This document shows, piece after piece, positions 1 to 11,359 of a stretch of 64,000 nt of DNA. Each line of letters begins with the position of its first letter. The stretch's first letter is position 1. This DNA is from Octopus sinensis (lineage: Eukaryota): positions 76,942,001 through 77,006,000 of the forward strand of contig NC_043005.1 in the NCBI RefSeq assembly GCF_006345805.1, in the 5' to 3' direction. The notes beneath the pieces are model-generated. The model made no database searches. It saw only the letters and a list, made by a program, of their open reading frames with translations, and had not been told where the DNA came from. The translations under genes and the position numbers were made by a program.

Positions 1-373
1 GCTTCCTGGTTTATGGATATCGTTATCTCACTTCCTTCCACCAATCCAGGAAATGAGGTTCAAGGTTATGTCTTCATCTGACAATAAAGTATTACTCTGA
101 TATATAAATCTCAGACAAAATTATTGAAAGCCTTCATTTTCCCATGTTTTATTGAGTTGTCAAACAAATTCAATCTTTTTTTTCTATCTTAAACCTTTCC
201 ATTGTTATTTGAATAAACACGAAAACTATGATTATCATAGTGTTTTATGTTATATGGGCTTTTGTTGTTCTTTCCTCTTCAACAACTTTTGTTTATCATT
301 TAACAATTTTGAATAAATTTTACCTCTTTTCAGACAAAAGATTCTTTTACTTTTTACAACGTAATTTCTTTCG

Positions 374-397
374 TCTATTTATCTATTTATCTGTCTG

Positions 398-466
<69 letters not shown>

Positions 467-468
467 TC

Positions 469-510
<42 letters not shown>

Positions 511-512
511 TC

Positions 513-566
<54 letters not shown>

Positions 567-607
567 ATATCTATCTATCTAGCTGTCTGTCTGTCTGTCT
601 ATTTATC
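374..607. repeat. (TCTA)n/(TCTG)n tetranucleotide microsatellite
   Basis: Long ATCT run seen directly; explains the SIYL-repeat ORF 228-686. Confidence 0.95.
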
Positions 608-1020
608 TGTACGTGTATGCACGTATAGCTTTCTATCTCTACGTCTTTCTCTTTTGTTGTGCTCTTTCCCACTATTATTTTTCTAACTTTTATTCTCTCT
701 ATGCGGTAGCAAGAATAATGTTCCCAAACATAACAATTTCCTGTAGCGATTCTAAAAACATATTTTAAATAAATTATCGATACCCATTTCAATACAATTT
801 CAATTCTATAGTTTTAATTGACAAATGTCGTTTATTTGGTTTTTATTATATCATAACACATGTAGTATTTTTGAACAACAAGTTTTGCTTCCTTCGTAGC
901 AAAGTTCTATATTTGAATAGCACTTAATTCTATTGAAATAAAGCGAAGACTAGACTTGCAAAAATATCGCAGACTTTACAGGTTTCTTCATTTGATATAA
1001 ATGTATTTCTGAAAAATATG

Positions 1021-1590
1021 TAGGTATTTATGTAAGTATGTATGTATTTATGTATGTATGTACATATATACATATGTGCAAATATGTATAAATGTATGTA
1101 CATACATGCATACTTATATGCATATATATATATTATATATATGGTGTGTGTGTGTGGGGGTGTGTGTGGTGTGTGTGTGTGTGTGTGTGTTGGGTGTGTG
1201 TGTGGTGTTTGTGTGTGTGTGTATATGTACATATATATATGTATATATGTATATATATATATAGATATATATATAGTATCTAATATATATAAATATATAA
1301 ATATGTATATATACGTACACACACATATATAACATATACATATACATAAATAGATAAATAAACATATATATATACATATATATACATATGTCATATATAT
1401 AAGTATAACATATATGTTTTTACATATATACATATATATGTGTGTGTGTGTGTGTTTGTGTGTGTATGTGTGTGTGTGTATTATATATATATATAAATAT
1501 ATATATGTATATATGCAATTACAGACATAAGATGTATATATCTGTATACGCATACAAAAACACACACACGCAAAAACACACACACATATT
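1021..1590. repeat. Compound (TA)n/(TG)n/(CA)n microsatellite block
   Basis: Dinucleotide tracts seen directly; source of the YI/CV/HT-rich ORFs. Confidence 0.95.
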
Positions 1591-1860
1591 AATGCGTAAC
1601 CTAGAATTTTTCAAATGCTCAAGAATATGTCCTCTGTATAGAGATTCTTTAGCTAATAATGAAGCCAATTAGAAAACGAATTATGTGATGCTTTCATACT
1701 TTACCAAAGACCTGACTCTCGAAACAAATAGTGTTTCAGTTCGAGTCACCTTCCTGAACTTAAGGATTGCAAGCGCTCGGTGATTTACCAACGTTGATTT
1801 TTGAGTGGAAATTACGATATATGTTATCGTTGATATTGCTGCTGTTGAAGTTATTCTTGT

Positions 1861-1878
1861 TGCTGATGATGAGGATGT

Positions 1879-1941
<63 letters not shown>

Positions 1942-2245
1942 CGATGATGATGATGATGGTAGTGGTGGTTGTGGTGGTGATGATGATTGTGGGGATAACG
2001 GTGATGGTGCTGTTGATGTTATTGCTATTGGTGTTGGTGATGACGATGACAATGAATAAGAATAAGAAGTCGTAGTAGTAGTAGTAGTAGTAGTAGTAGA
2101 AGAAGAAGAAGAAGAAGAAGACGGGGGAAAAGAAGAAAAAGAAGAAGAAGAAGAAGAAGAAGAAGAATGAGGAGAAGAAGAAGAAGAAGAAGAAGAAGAA
2201 GAAGAAGAAGAAGAAGAAGAAGAAGAAGAAGAAGAAGAAGAAGAA
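1861..2245. repeat. Compound trinucleotide microsatellite (GAT)n-(TAG)n-(GAA)n
   Basis: Seen directly; source of the poly-D/poly-M/poly-S ORFs. Confidence 0.95.
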
Positions 2246-2489
2246 CTTATTATGATCTAGTTCCAGGTGAAACCTGGTCTACCAGACACGTGTTGAAAGT
2301 CATTGCAGCCGTGATCCATTCTTGTATGTTGTTGTAGATATTGAGCTCACAAATTCAGTGTCTTTCTTTTCTGTTGAAAGCACTGAAATAAATTTAAATA
2401 GATTTAGCAGCTATTTCTAGCAAGTTGATCATTTGTATTTCAATGCACGGGTTTGTATATCGATGTCATTTGGTATATTGAAAAATCCT

Positions 2490-2680
2490 TTTTACCATAG
2501 GCACATGGTCTGAAATTGTGGCTGAGAACATCAACCCCACTGCTCAACTGGTTCTTATTTGACCGACCCCGATAGGATTAAAGTCGAAGTCAATCTCGGC
2601 GGAGTTTGAACTCAAAACTTGAAGGCATGAAATAACGCTAAGCTTTTTATCCGGCATGCTAAATATACCGCCAGTTCACA
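2490..2680 (-). mobile_element. Degenerate tRNA-derived SINE (family with central GCCTTTCATCCTTTCGGGGTCGATAAA segment)
   Basis: Reverse complement aligns by eye to the young copies at 32353 and 39330; B-box-like GAGTTCAAA is retained. Confidence 0.7.
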
Positions 2681-3389
2681 CATACACACACGTTGTCAAG
2701 CTCACATTAAGGCAATAACAGAGACTAGTTTCATTTCTCGGGTGGCTGTGTCGATAGAGCACCCAGAAGACAGAAAAAAAAAGAAGTAGAGAGGAGAGAG
2801 GGGTCTGTTACTGTTATCGAGTTGCTGTCATTTCGTTGTGTTCGTGGCGAAGTCTCTTAACTTCTATTACTGTATCACTGAGTGCAACTAATCGGTTCTG
2901 CTTAATTGTTATTAGTGCTGTTGTTGTTACTGTTGCTGCTGCCGCTAATTTATAGCCCCAGGTCAGTTTTGATCCATCTGTCCTATAACATGTATGTAGT
3001 TGCTCGAATGATAACGCACGGCCCACAAATCCATTTTCTTATTGATACCGTGTTTTTGCAGAACAGAAGACCGTAATCAACACTCCGATATACAGCTAGG
3101 AACTGTAAGTAAGCTAGTGTCCCAGTCTGTGGACATGTACTCTCTCTGCGCCCTAGCCTGTTCCTGTACACCCTTACATGCACAGAACCCTGTATTAGCC
3201 ACTGAAGAGGTAGAGATGGACTATGTCAGAGAACAACACTTGCTGTTTCCCTTTATATTTTAGCGAAGTTTAACCCAAATAACATTTGAGGCTAAAGTGG
3301 CTAGCAATGTTATGTTTATGAGCGCATTTTTGTTTTATATAACTATCTGGACTTTGTGGGAATGATAATTTTCCTGAATATAGTATAAT

Positions 3390-3565
3390 TCGTTCAAATT
3401 TTGGCAGGAGCCTCGTAATTTTTAGAGGCAGTGGCTTGTAGATTGCATCGATTCCGAAAAGATGGACAACAAACTCGACCTCAGCAGAATATGATCTCAG
3501 GACTTAAAGAAATGCCGCCATGCTCTTTGTCCGACGCGGTAACGCTTCTGCTAGCTCAGCGCTTT
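3390..3565 (-). mobile_element. Degenerate, internally deleted copy of the same SINE family
   Basis: aactcgacctcagcagaat...gcggtaacgcttctgctagctc matches the reverse complement of the SINE head and body. Confidence 0.6.
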
Positions 3566-4409
3566 AGGAAAAGAGAATAATTAACAGCTGCAATTAGCAG
3601 CCACACTGTCACATTGACGTGTAATTCGTTGTCTTACAATGGTAATTTAATTATATTCGTGAGAAATGCTACAGGCATTAGACAAGCACCCTATTCAATG
3701 ACAAAAGTCTCCCATCATATTAACTTTATAGGAACCATATAAAATTATATACCCCTCTCGAACACACTTAGCCACGGACAAGACTGTTGAGAGCCATCCA
3801 CATTGCTATGGATAGTAATAGCATACAAACAACGACCGCTGATCACTCGGTTTGTTGTTTGCTTTTCTACCTTAGGCTAGCCTGACAGACTAACCAACGT
3901 GTATTCGAGATTCCGGAATAATTTATAATTAATCAGTGTTTTTGTTAATTTCTTGGTAGGAAATTCATTCTGATTCTACAGAAACTACTTCAGCGTATTT
4001 TACTTCTTAAGAAAATATTTTGTTTCTTTTCTTTGTTTTTGTTTTTCTTAAGGACGTAGTTATATCGTTAGTTACGTATCAATCAATTCGTGAACAGGTC
4101 ACCTCCTTAATACTCTTCGTTAACATTTTCCACTCTGCTTTGTAATTCACACTCACTATATTCCACGTAACTTAAGAAATCTCTGTTCTTTTAAAATAAC
4201 AGCTAACCTATACACCCATCTTTTGCACAACAAACGCGTAACACTTCGCACAACAAAAGTATTATTTCTTTCTCATAGGGCTCTACCCTTAAATCCAGTT
4301 GACTTCCAGTTACAGGAAGCAATTTTGCATTCCTGCTCAATTATACGCTAACTATTAACTCCAGTTTCTCTTCACCGTCGACCCCCATTACTTTTAATAT
4401 TAGCATAAA

Positions 4410-4642
4410 ATTTTGGCATAAAAGTTTGGCACAAGGTTAACAATTTCGAGGTGAGGGGTTAAATCGATTACATCGACTACCCAGTGATCAACTGGTACTT
4501 ATTTTATCGACCCTGAAAGAATGGAAGGCAAAATCGATCTCGGTGGAACATTACCCAGAACGTAAAGTCGAGCGAAATGCCGCTAAGCATTTTGCCCAGC
4601 GTGCTTACGATTCAGCTAGCTCACCGGTTTCCTCTCGCCTTT
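4410..4642 (-). mobile_element. tRNA-derived SINE, monomeric copy
   Basis: actggtacttattttatcgaccctgaaagaatggaaggcaaa and head gctaagcattttgcccagcgtgct match the family. Confidence 0.8.
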
Positions 4643-5783
4643 AATATTCAACAAGTCTTTCACTTATCTAGCTACAGCTTCTTTCTTCAGAAGGAAGCCC
4701 ATCTCAGTTTCTTTTGATCATATTGCAACCTGTATCAGTTTGTAGTCTGACATGTTTTCAACTCCTTGTTACTCCTCTTCCTGACAAAGAATGGTCTCCC
4801 ATTGTAAGACTTAGCCTTTAATTTACAATGTTACAACTTTGTGCTCTATTAAATCGATATTTCAAGTCGCGGGCCGTTTCGAATATGTGTTCAGAAATGT
4901 TATTTATTGCATATGTTGTGAAGATTGAAATGCATTCTATAGAACTGAGACACTTCTCTGATACAGAACATTTGTTTCGTGTTAGACTTAATAACCCAAT
5001 ACCATTTAAAGCGGCATTCTAGATCTATGTAACTCTTCTATTATCACCTTTTTCTCTTGGCCTTTCAACCATCTCTTTTTTGAACAACGTCCACGTTAAT
5101 TTATTTTTTTCCCTTCTATGATCAATATTTCTCTCAGGAATTAATAATTGATTATTTTGCCTCAAAATCCTTCTTATCTGCAAACTCGGTATTCATGGAA
5201 GAACAACACTTTGTGCTTTCTCCTATTCTTTTTTCTCTGTATCGGTGAAGTTTTGTGGACAGTTCATCTCCATTCTGCACCACAAAACAACCACATAACC
5301 ATTTCTCCACCGCCCTCTTTCATTAATATCATGACTTTGTAATACAAACCGAATGTTTTCCCCCTTCCCCTTTGTTAGCCTTTGCCCGCTTTAGTATATT
5401 TGTTTTCTGTCTAAAAAACAAGCCTACACTCTAAATGTTCATAATATTTTATTTTTATTTTTCCACACGGCAGAATAATTGACTTCACTGTTATTTTAAC
5501 ATTTTTCTATATTCCATTAAATATTGTAAGGCGTAGACCAACACGCTTCTTTTTCTGTCATCGAACTGTTATCTCTACATTTATTATTGTTGATTTATTC
5601 AACTACCCGTGGGTTGAAAGTCTTCTGAATTAAACTCTTCAGTAATCTCTGCCGAAATCTGGATCCCCTCTGTGAACGTCGACACACATGAAAAACTCTA
5701 ATGTTCTATAGAAAGCAAGAATTTACGTGCCATTGACCTCGTTGGTAAAGATCGTATTTAATATTCTAGGCCAGGCGTTCAGG

Positions 5784-5850
<67 letters not shown>

Positions 5851-5852
<2 letters not shown>

Positions 5853-6866
5853 TAACATGAAGAAGAAGAAGAAGAAGAAGAAGAAGAAGAAGAAGAAGAA
5901 GAAGAAGAAGAAGAAGAAGAAGAAGAAACAACAAAAGCTATAAAACAAATGAAATCCAAACTAAAAATAGAACAGCAACGAACCACGATAAAACGATGGC
6001 AAGAAAAGCCCCTTCATGGTAAATACTGGACTAAACTAAACGCACAAGAAATAGACAAAGAAAAATCCCAGCAATGGTTGAGAAGCTCAGGACTCAAAGC
6101 AGAAACAGAGGGATTTTTAATTGCAGCACAAGACCAAAAGCCTCCCCACCAGAAATTACCAAAAACATGTAATGAAAAGAAATATTACAAGTAACTGCAG
6201 AATATGTGGAGATGGACAAGAAACAATAAATCATATTATCTCTAGCTGCCCAGTCCTGGCTAAGAAGGAATATATTCACAGACATGACAGAGTTGGAACC
6301 TACATACATTGGAAGCTACACCAACATTATGGAATAACAACAGAAAAAAGATGATATAGGCACACACCAGAAAAGGTCACAGAAAACCAGAAAGCAACCA
6401 TACTCTGGGATATGCCGATACACACAGATAGAGAAATTAAGGCCAACAGACCAGATATAGTTGTCAGAGATCATGAAGAAAAAAAATGCTTTCTAATTGA
6501 TGTATCAATACCGGCAGATGACAACGTGTCTCTAAAAGAAATGGAGAAACTCTCAAAATACAAAGACCTGGAAATAGAGGTAACTAGAATGTGGAATCTG
6601 AAAACAGAAACAATTCCTATCATAGTAGGTGCATTAGGCATGATAAAAAAAATATTCAGACAAATACATAACAAAAACACCAGGACTTACAAACACATAT
6701 ACCATACAGAAAATTGCACTACTAGGCACTGCACACATCCTACGCAGAACACTTTCCATACAATAACCATCAGAGCATCACAACAAATCACAGCACATAC
6801 CCAAGGCACACAGAGCTGCGCTCGGTAGTGAAGTGAAAGCACGCTATAAAAATAAAACTACTGAAT
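5851..6866 (+). mobile_element. 5'-truncated R4/Dong-clade (RLE-type) non-LTR retrotransposon, copy 1
   Basis: Frameshifted ORFs encode a CCHC knuckle (CRICGDGQETINHIISSC), RHD, and a restriction-like endonuclease motif (RPDIVV...LIDVSIP). 3' end actactga(AAT)n; preceded by (AAT)n at 5785-5848, consistent with the known TAA-repeat targeting of Dong elements. Confidence 0.85.
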
Positions 6867-6925
6867 AATAATAATAATAATGATAATAATAATAGTAATA
6901 ATAATAATAATAGTATTATTATGAT

Positions 6926-8433
6926 AGAATTCTCCATACATGGATCTAAGAAACTAGCCACAAACAAGGTAGCACCAATAATCATAAAATATATAAAACA
7001 TTCAATGAATAAATAACAGAGAGTGCTACAGCTCCAGACAAAAAAAGGGACTCATAAAAAACAATGCTATCCTCATTAGAAGAGGAATATTCCAGGGATA
7101 CATGCTCTCTTTACTCCTTTTCTGCTTGGCACTGACATATTTATCTGACATGCTAAACAGAACTCGATGTGGATACAAATGTTACGTCAAAACAATCAGC
7201 CACTGGAAACATCACTACAGAGATTACGTAGGTTTACCAAAGAAATAAATGTGAAATCTGGCTTATAAAAATGTGCCAAAGCAACCTTGAAAAGTGGAAA
7301 GCTAGTTAAGAGTAGCAACATCATACTAAATAAAGCCAATGAAATAAGAGAATTAGACCAAAGCCAGACATACAACTACTTAGGAATCAATGAACTAGAT
7401 ACGATACAACGCACACAAATGAAAGAGAAGATACGAAAAGAATACTATAGGCGAGTTAGATTAATACTGAAAACAGCTCAATGTGGAAAACAAGATAATA
7501 GGTATCAACACTTTAGCAGTCCCAGTTATAAGTTACAGCTACAATATTCTTAACTGGGCTCTAAATGAACTAATCAAAATTGACAGGAAAACAAGGAAAA
7601 TAATGACAGGATTTAGGATGCACCACCCAAAATTTGACATAGAAAGGTTATATACACAACGTATCGGAGGTTGTAGAGGCCTTATACAGCTAGAAAACTA
7701 TCACAAAATAACCATCATGGGACTACAGAAATACCTACTTCAGAAACAAGGAAAACTAATACAAATAGCCACAAAACAGGAACAGAACAAAAAACTGCAT
7801 TCAGTCCTTAAGGAAGCTGACAAATACAAAACGAAGTCATATTACCTAACAATTATGAAGAAAAAGAAGAAACAACAAAAGCTGTAATACAACTGAAATC
7901 CGAACTAAAACTCGAACAGCAACGGATCATGATGAAACGAAGGCAAGAAAACCTCTTCATCATAAATGTTGGGTTAAACTAAATAGAAAAGAAGTAGACA
8001 AAGCAAAATCCTAACAATGGCTGAGAAGCTCAGGACTCAAAGCAGAAACTGAACGATTTTTAATTGCAGCAGACGATCAAAACCTTCCCACCAGAAATTA
8101 TCAAAAGCATGTAATGAAAAGAAATACAAGTAACTGCAGAATATGTGGCGATTGAGAAGAAACAATGAATCATATTGTCTCTGGCTGCCAAGTGCTAGCA
8201 AAGAAGGAATATATTCACAGACACAACAGAGTTGGGACCTATATACACTGGAAGTTATTCCAACACTATAGAATAACAACAGGAAAAAGATGGTATAGGC
8301 ACACGCCAGAAAAGGTCACAGAAAATGAGAAAGCAATCATACTCTGGGATATGCTAATACACGCAGATAGAGAAATTAAGGCCAATAGGCCGGATATAGT
8401 TGCTGGAGATCACCAAGAAAAATACTTTCTAAT
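6926..8433 (+). mobile_element. R4/Dong-clade retrotransposon copy 2, left part (RT remnant to start of RLE)
   Basis: RT-like GIFQG..LLLFCLAL near 7085-7135, Y.YLG, NTLAVPVISYS, GG.RGL motifs, then the same knuckle as copy 1; many stops and frameshifts. Breaks at tactttctaat, where the CR1 insertion begins. Confidence 0.85.
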
Positions 8434-8506
8434 AATAATAATAATAATAATAATAATTGTGTACAGTGCTCAGGTGCACTACAACTCATCTAAAGTGTAT
8501 ATATAA

Positions 8507-11359
8507 TCAGGTGTAGTTTCGACGGATTTCGGGAAGCATGAGGGCCTTAAAGGATGCAGTGTCATGGCAGTCAACAACTGATGCAGGCAGTTTATTCCAC
8601 GCTTCAGCAACCCTGAGCGTGAAAAAATGTTTCCGAAAGTCATGGGAGCTGTGCTGTTTTCTGACTTTGTAGGCATGTCCACGTGTGTTAGACACATGGA
8701 GATCAAAAAGGTGTTCAGTGTTGTTGTTGGTGAGGTGGTTGATAACCTTGTGGGTGTTTACCAAGTCCGTCGCTAGACGCCGGAGCTTCAGTGAATCCAT
8801 GCCCAGGGAAACAAGGCGCTCAGAATATATGGTAGGTGTCTGATGGAGGGTATGCGTTTGGTTGCACGTCTCTGGACAGATTCCAGGAGGTCAATGTTCT
8901 GAGCAAGATAGGGATTCCAAAATGATGATGCGAATTCCAAGTGTGGTCGTACCATAGCTGTATACAGTTTTAAATAGATGGCTGGAGAGCGGCTAACAAA
9001 AGTCTTGCTGAGTGATGCCAAGACACCCTCGGCCTTCTTGACAATTTTAGAGATATGCTTTGTCCAACGCAAATCACTGCTGACAGTGATGCCTAGGTCA
9101 CGCTCGCAAGAGGATTTCTTGATATCAGTGTTGTGGAGGGAGTATGTGGACGCAGGGTTTTTTCTCCCAAAATGCATGGTGGTACACTTGTCCACAGCCA
9201 GTTTCAGTTGCCAGTCTGTGATCCATTGCTGCATTGTGTCTAGGTCTGATTGCAGGAAAGAGTTGTAGACATCAGGATCAGTCCTCTTGATTTCAAGGTA
9301 CAGCTTGATGTCGTCTGCATATTTCAATACTGTGGCATTCTTTAAATTGGCATCTATGTCATTAATGTATGCCACAAACAGGAGGGGACCAAGGACAGAT
9401 CCCTGTGGTACACCCGATGACATCTCATATGGTGTAGAGTGCTGTCCTAGAACTGTGACTACCTCCTTTCGGCTGAGGATGAAGGATTTCAACCAGTTAA
9501 AAAGGTCATCCCCCACACCCATTGCAGAGAGTTTCACCATAAGCCTTTTGTGTGGCACAGAGTTGAAAGCCTTAGCAAAGTCAAGGTAGACAACATCCAC
9601 CCATGAGCCACTGTCAGTGATCTGAGTAATGTCCTCAAGGAACTCGACAAGCTGGTCACTGCAGCTGGAGTTAGGGACAAATCCATATTGTGAGGGTCGG
9701 ATGAGACTGTGAGAGCTCCAGAAGTTCCAGAGTGTTTCTCTGACACACGATTCCATCAGTTTTGCAATACAGCTAGTGAGACTGACTGGGCGATAGTTGA
9801 CAGGTGATGTGCGGTCACCCTTTTTGAACAGAGGAATGACACTGGCAGTTTTCCACTGCTCCGGAGTAGCACCATTGTTGAGACAGTACTGGAAGAAAAT
9901 AGAAAGCTGGTGTAAAAGGAAGTGCCTGCCACGTTTGAGAAGCAGGTATGTAACTCCATCGAGACCAGGGGAGGCATAGTTGCGCTTATTTTGAAGGTGA
10001 CGTCGCAGCATTGCAGGTGTAAATTCCATAGTTGTTATGAGAGTTTGCTGTTAGTGATGGTGAAGATGGTACATTTTGACTTTCGACAGTGAATATGTTT
10101 GCATAGCACTCGGCAATGAGTTCTGCGCATTCCTTGGGGTCGTCAGTGATCTGGTTCGTGTGAGGGTTGCGAAGAGGGCCCACTGGAGAGTGAGGTCTCT
10201 GCTTTGAATGCACATATTTCCAGAAAACCTTGCTGTCAGGATTGGCTGCTATGCACTGTTCAAATTCAAGCACTGCATTTTTTGTCACTTGCTTGAGATG
10301 GTTGGAGGATTTATTCCGCTTCTTCCTGTTGGTGTCTGATTTATGCAACTTGTATTCCTGTTCAGCAGTCCGACGTTCCTTCCTGGCAAGTCGGACCGCT
10401 GAAGTTTCCCAAATTGCCCTTTTGGGGCGGTTCTTCTTTTTTTGTTTACGTGGCACTGATCCTGCACATGCTGCCCATATTGAGTCCAGGATACTCTGGA
10501 GTATAGTATTCACATCTCCAGAGTTGTAGAATTCACGCCAGTTTGGGTGCTGTAGTTCAGTGTGGTACAGGTTCCAATCTGCTCTCTTCCAATCGAAGGA
10601 AGCAGATTGGAGATGGTTCAGGTGTTTGTTGCCCGCAAGAGCCAGATTGGCGATGATCATAGCATGATCAGAGTCACCTAGAGGTTCCTCCGTAGTGCAA
10701 TTGATAACCGCTTCAGGAGTTGTGGTGAAGAGCAGGTCCAAGGTGTTGTCGCCTCTTGTTGGAGAGGTGACTACTTGCGACCAGTTTGAGTCCAGCACAA
10801 GCTCAACAAAATCGTTTGCACTCTGTGGCCAACGGAAGGTTTCCCAATCGATCTCAGGATGATTGAAATCGCCTGCAATAAACACATAAGTGGCTGTTTT
10901 TCTGGCTGCAGCTCGGAGGATGTTGCAAAGCTGTGTGTCCTGATGGTAATTTGGGGGACGATAAACAACGCCAAGCAGGAGTGTTGACATGGTCATACGT
11001 ACGTCACAGAAAAAAACTTCTTCTTGTGATTCGTTCAAATCGGCACAAGGAATTACCAAAAAATTTGAACGAACGTAGACCATCACACCACCACCACGGC
11101 GGTTAGTGCGGTCCTTACGGAAGAGGTTGTACCCCGTGATGTTGAAAACCCCATCACAGAGTAAGGAATGCACCCATGTTTCCGTGACAGTGATGAAGTC
11201 AGGGTCAACACTTCTGACGTAGGCGTTGAACAAATGTATTTTGTTGCATAAACTGCGAGCATTTAAGGACAACAATTTGTACCCTGCTCGCAGTTTATGA
11301 TGGTGTGTGGAGGATGGCAGATTGTCCTGGCTTAGTTTCCCTGAGTTGCTGTAGTCTTT
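8507..11359 (-). pseudogene. LINE ORF2: APE endonuclease + reverse transcriptase, broken by two small indels
   Basis: APE motifs NARSL, ETW, GGGV, GDFN, LDL, SDH; RT motifs YLDFAKAF, GVPQGSVLGPLLF, YADD. One frameshift near 10040-10045 and a 2-nt AT duplication near 8826-8830 (CCA TAT [AT] TCT GAG CGC restores PYSERLVSLGMDSL). The open frame extends to 11359 with no AUG before the APE domain. Confidence 0.92.

Noticed and set aside
228-2075. Long ORFs rich in SIYL, YI, CV, HT, poly-S/D/M (and similar ORFs throughout the window)
   Set aside because: They are translations of microsatellites that lack stop codons in some frames; no coding evidence.
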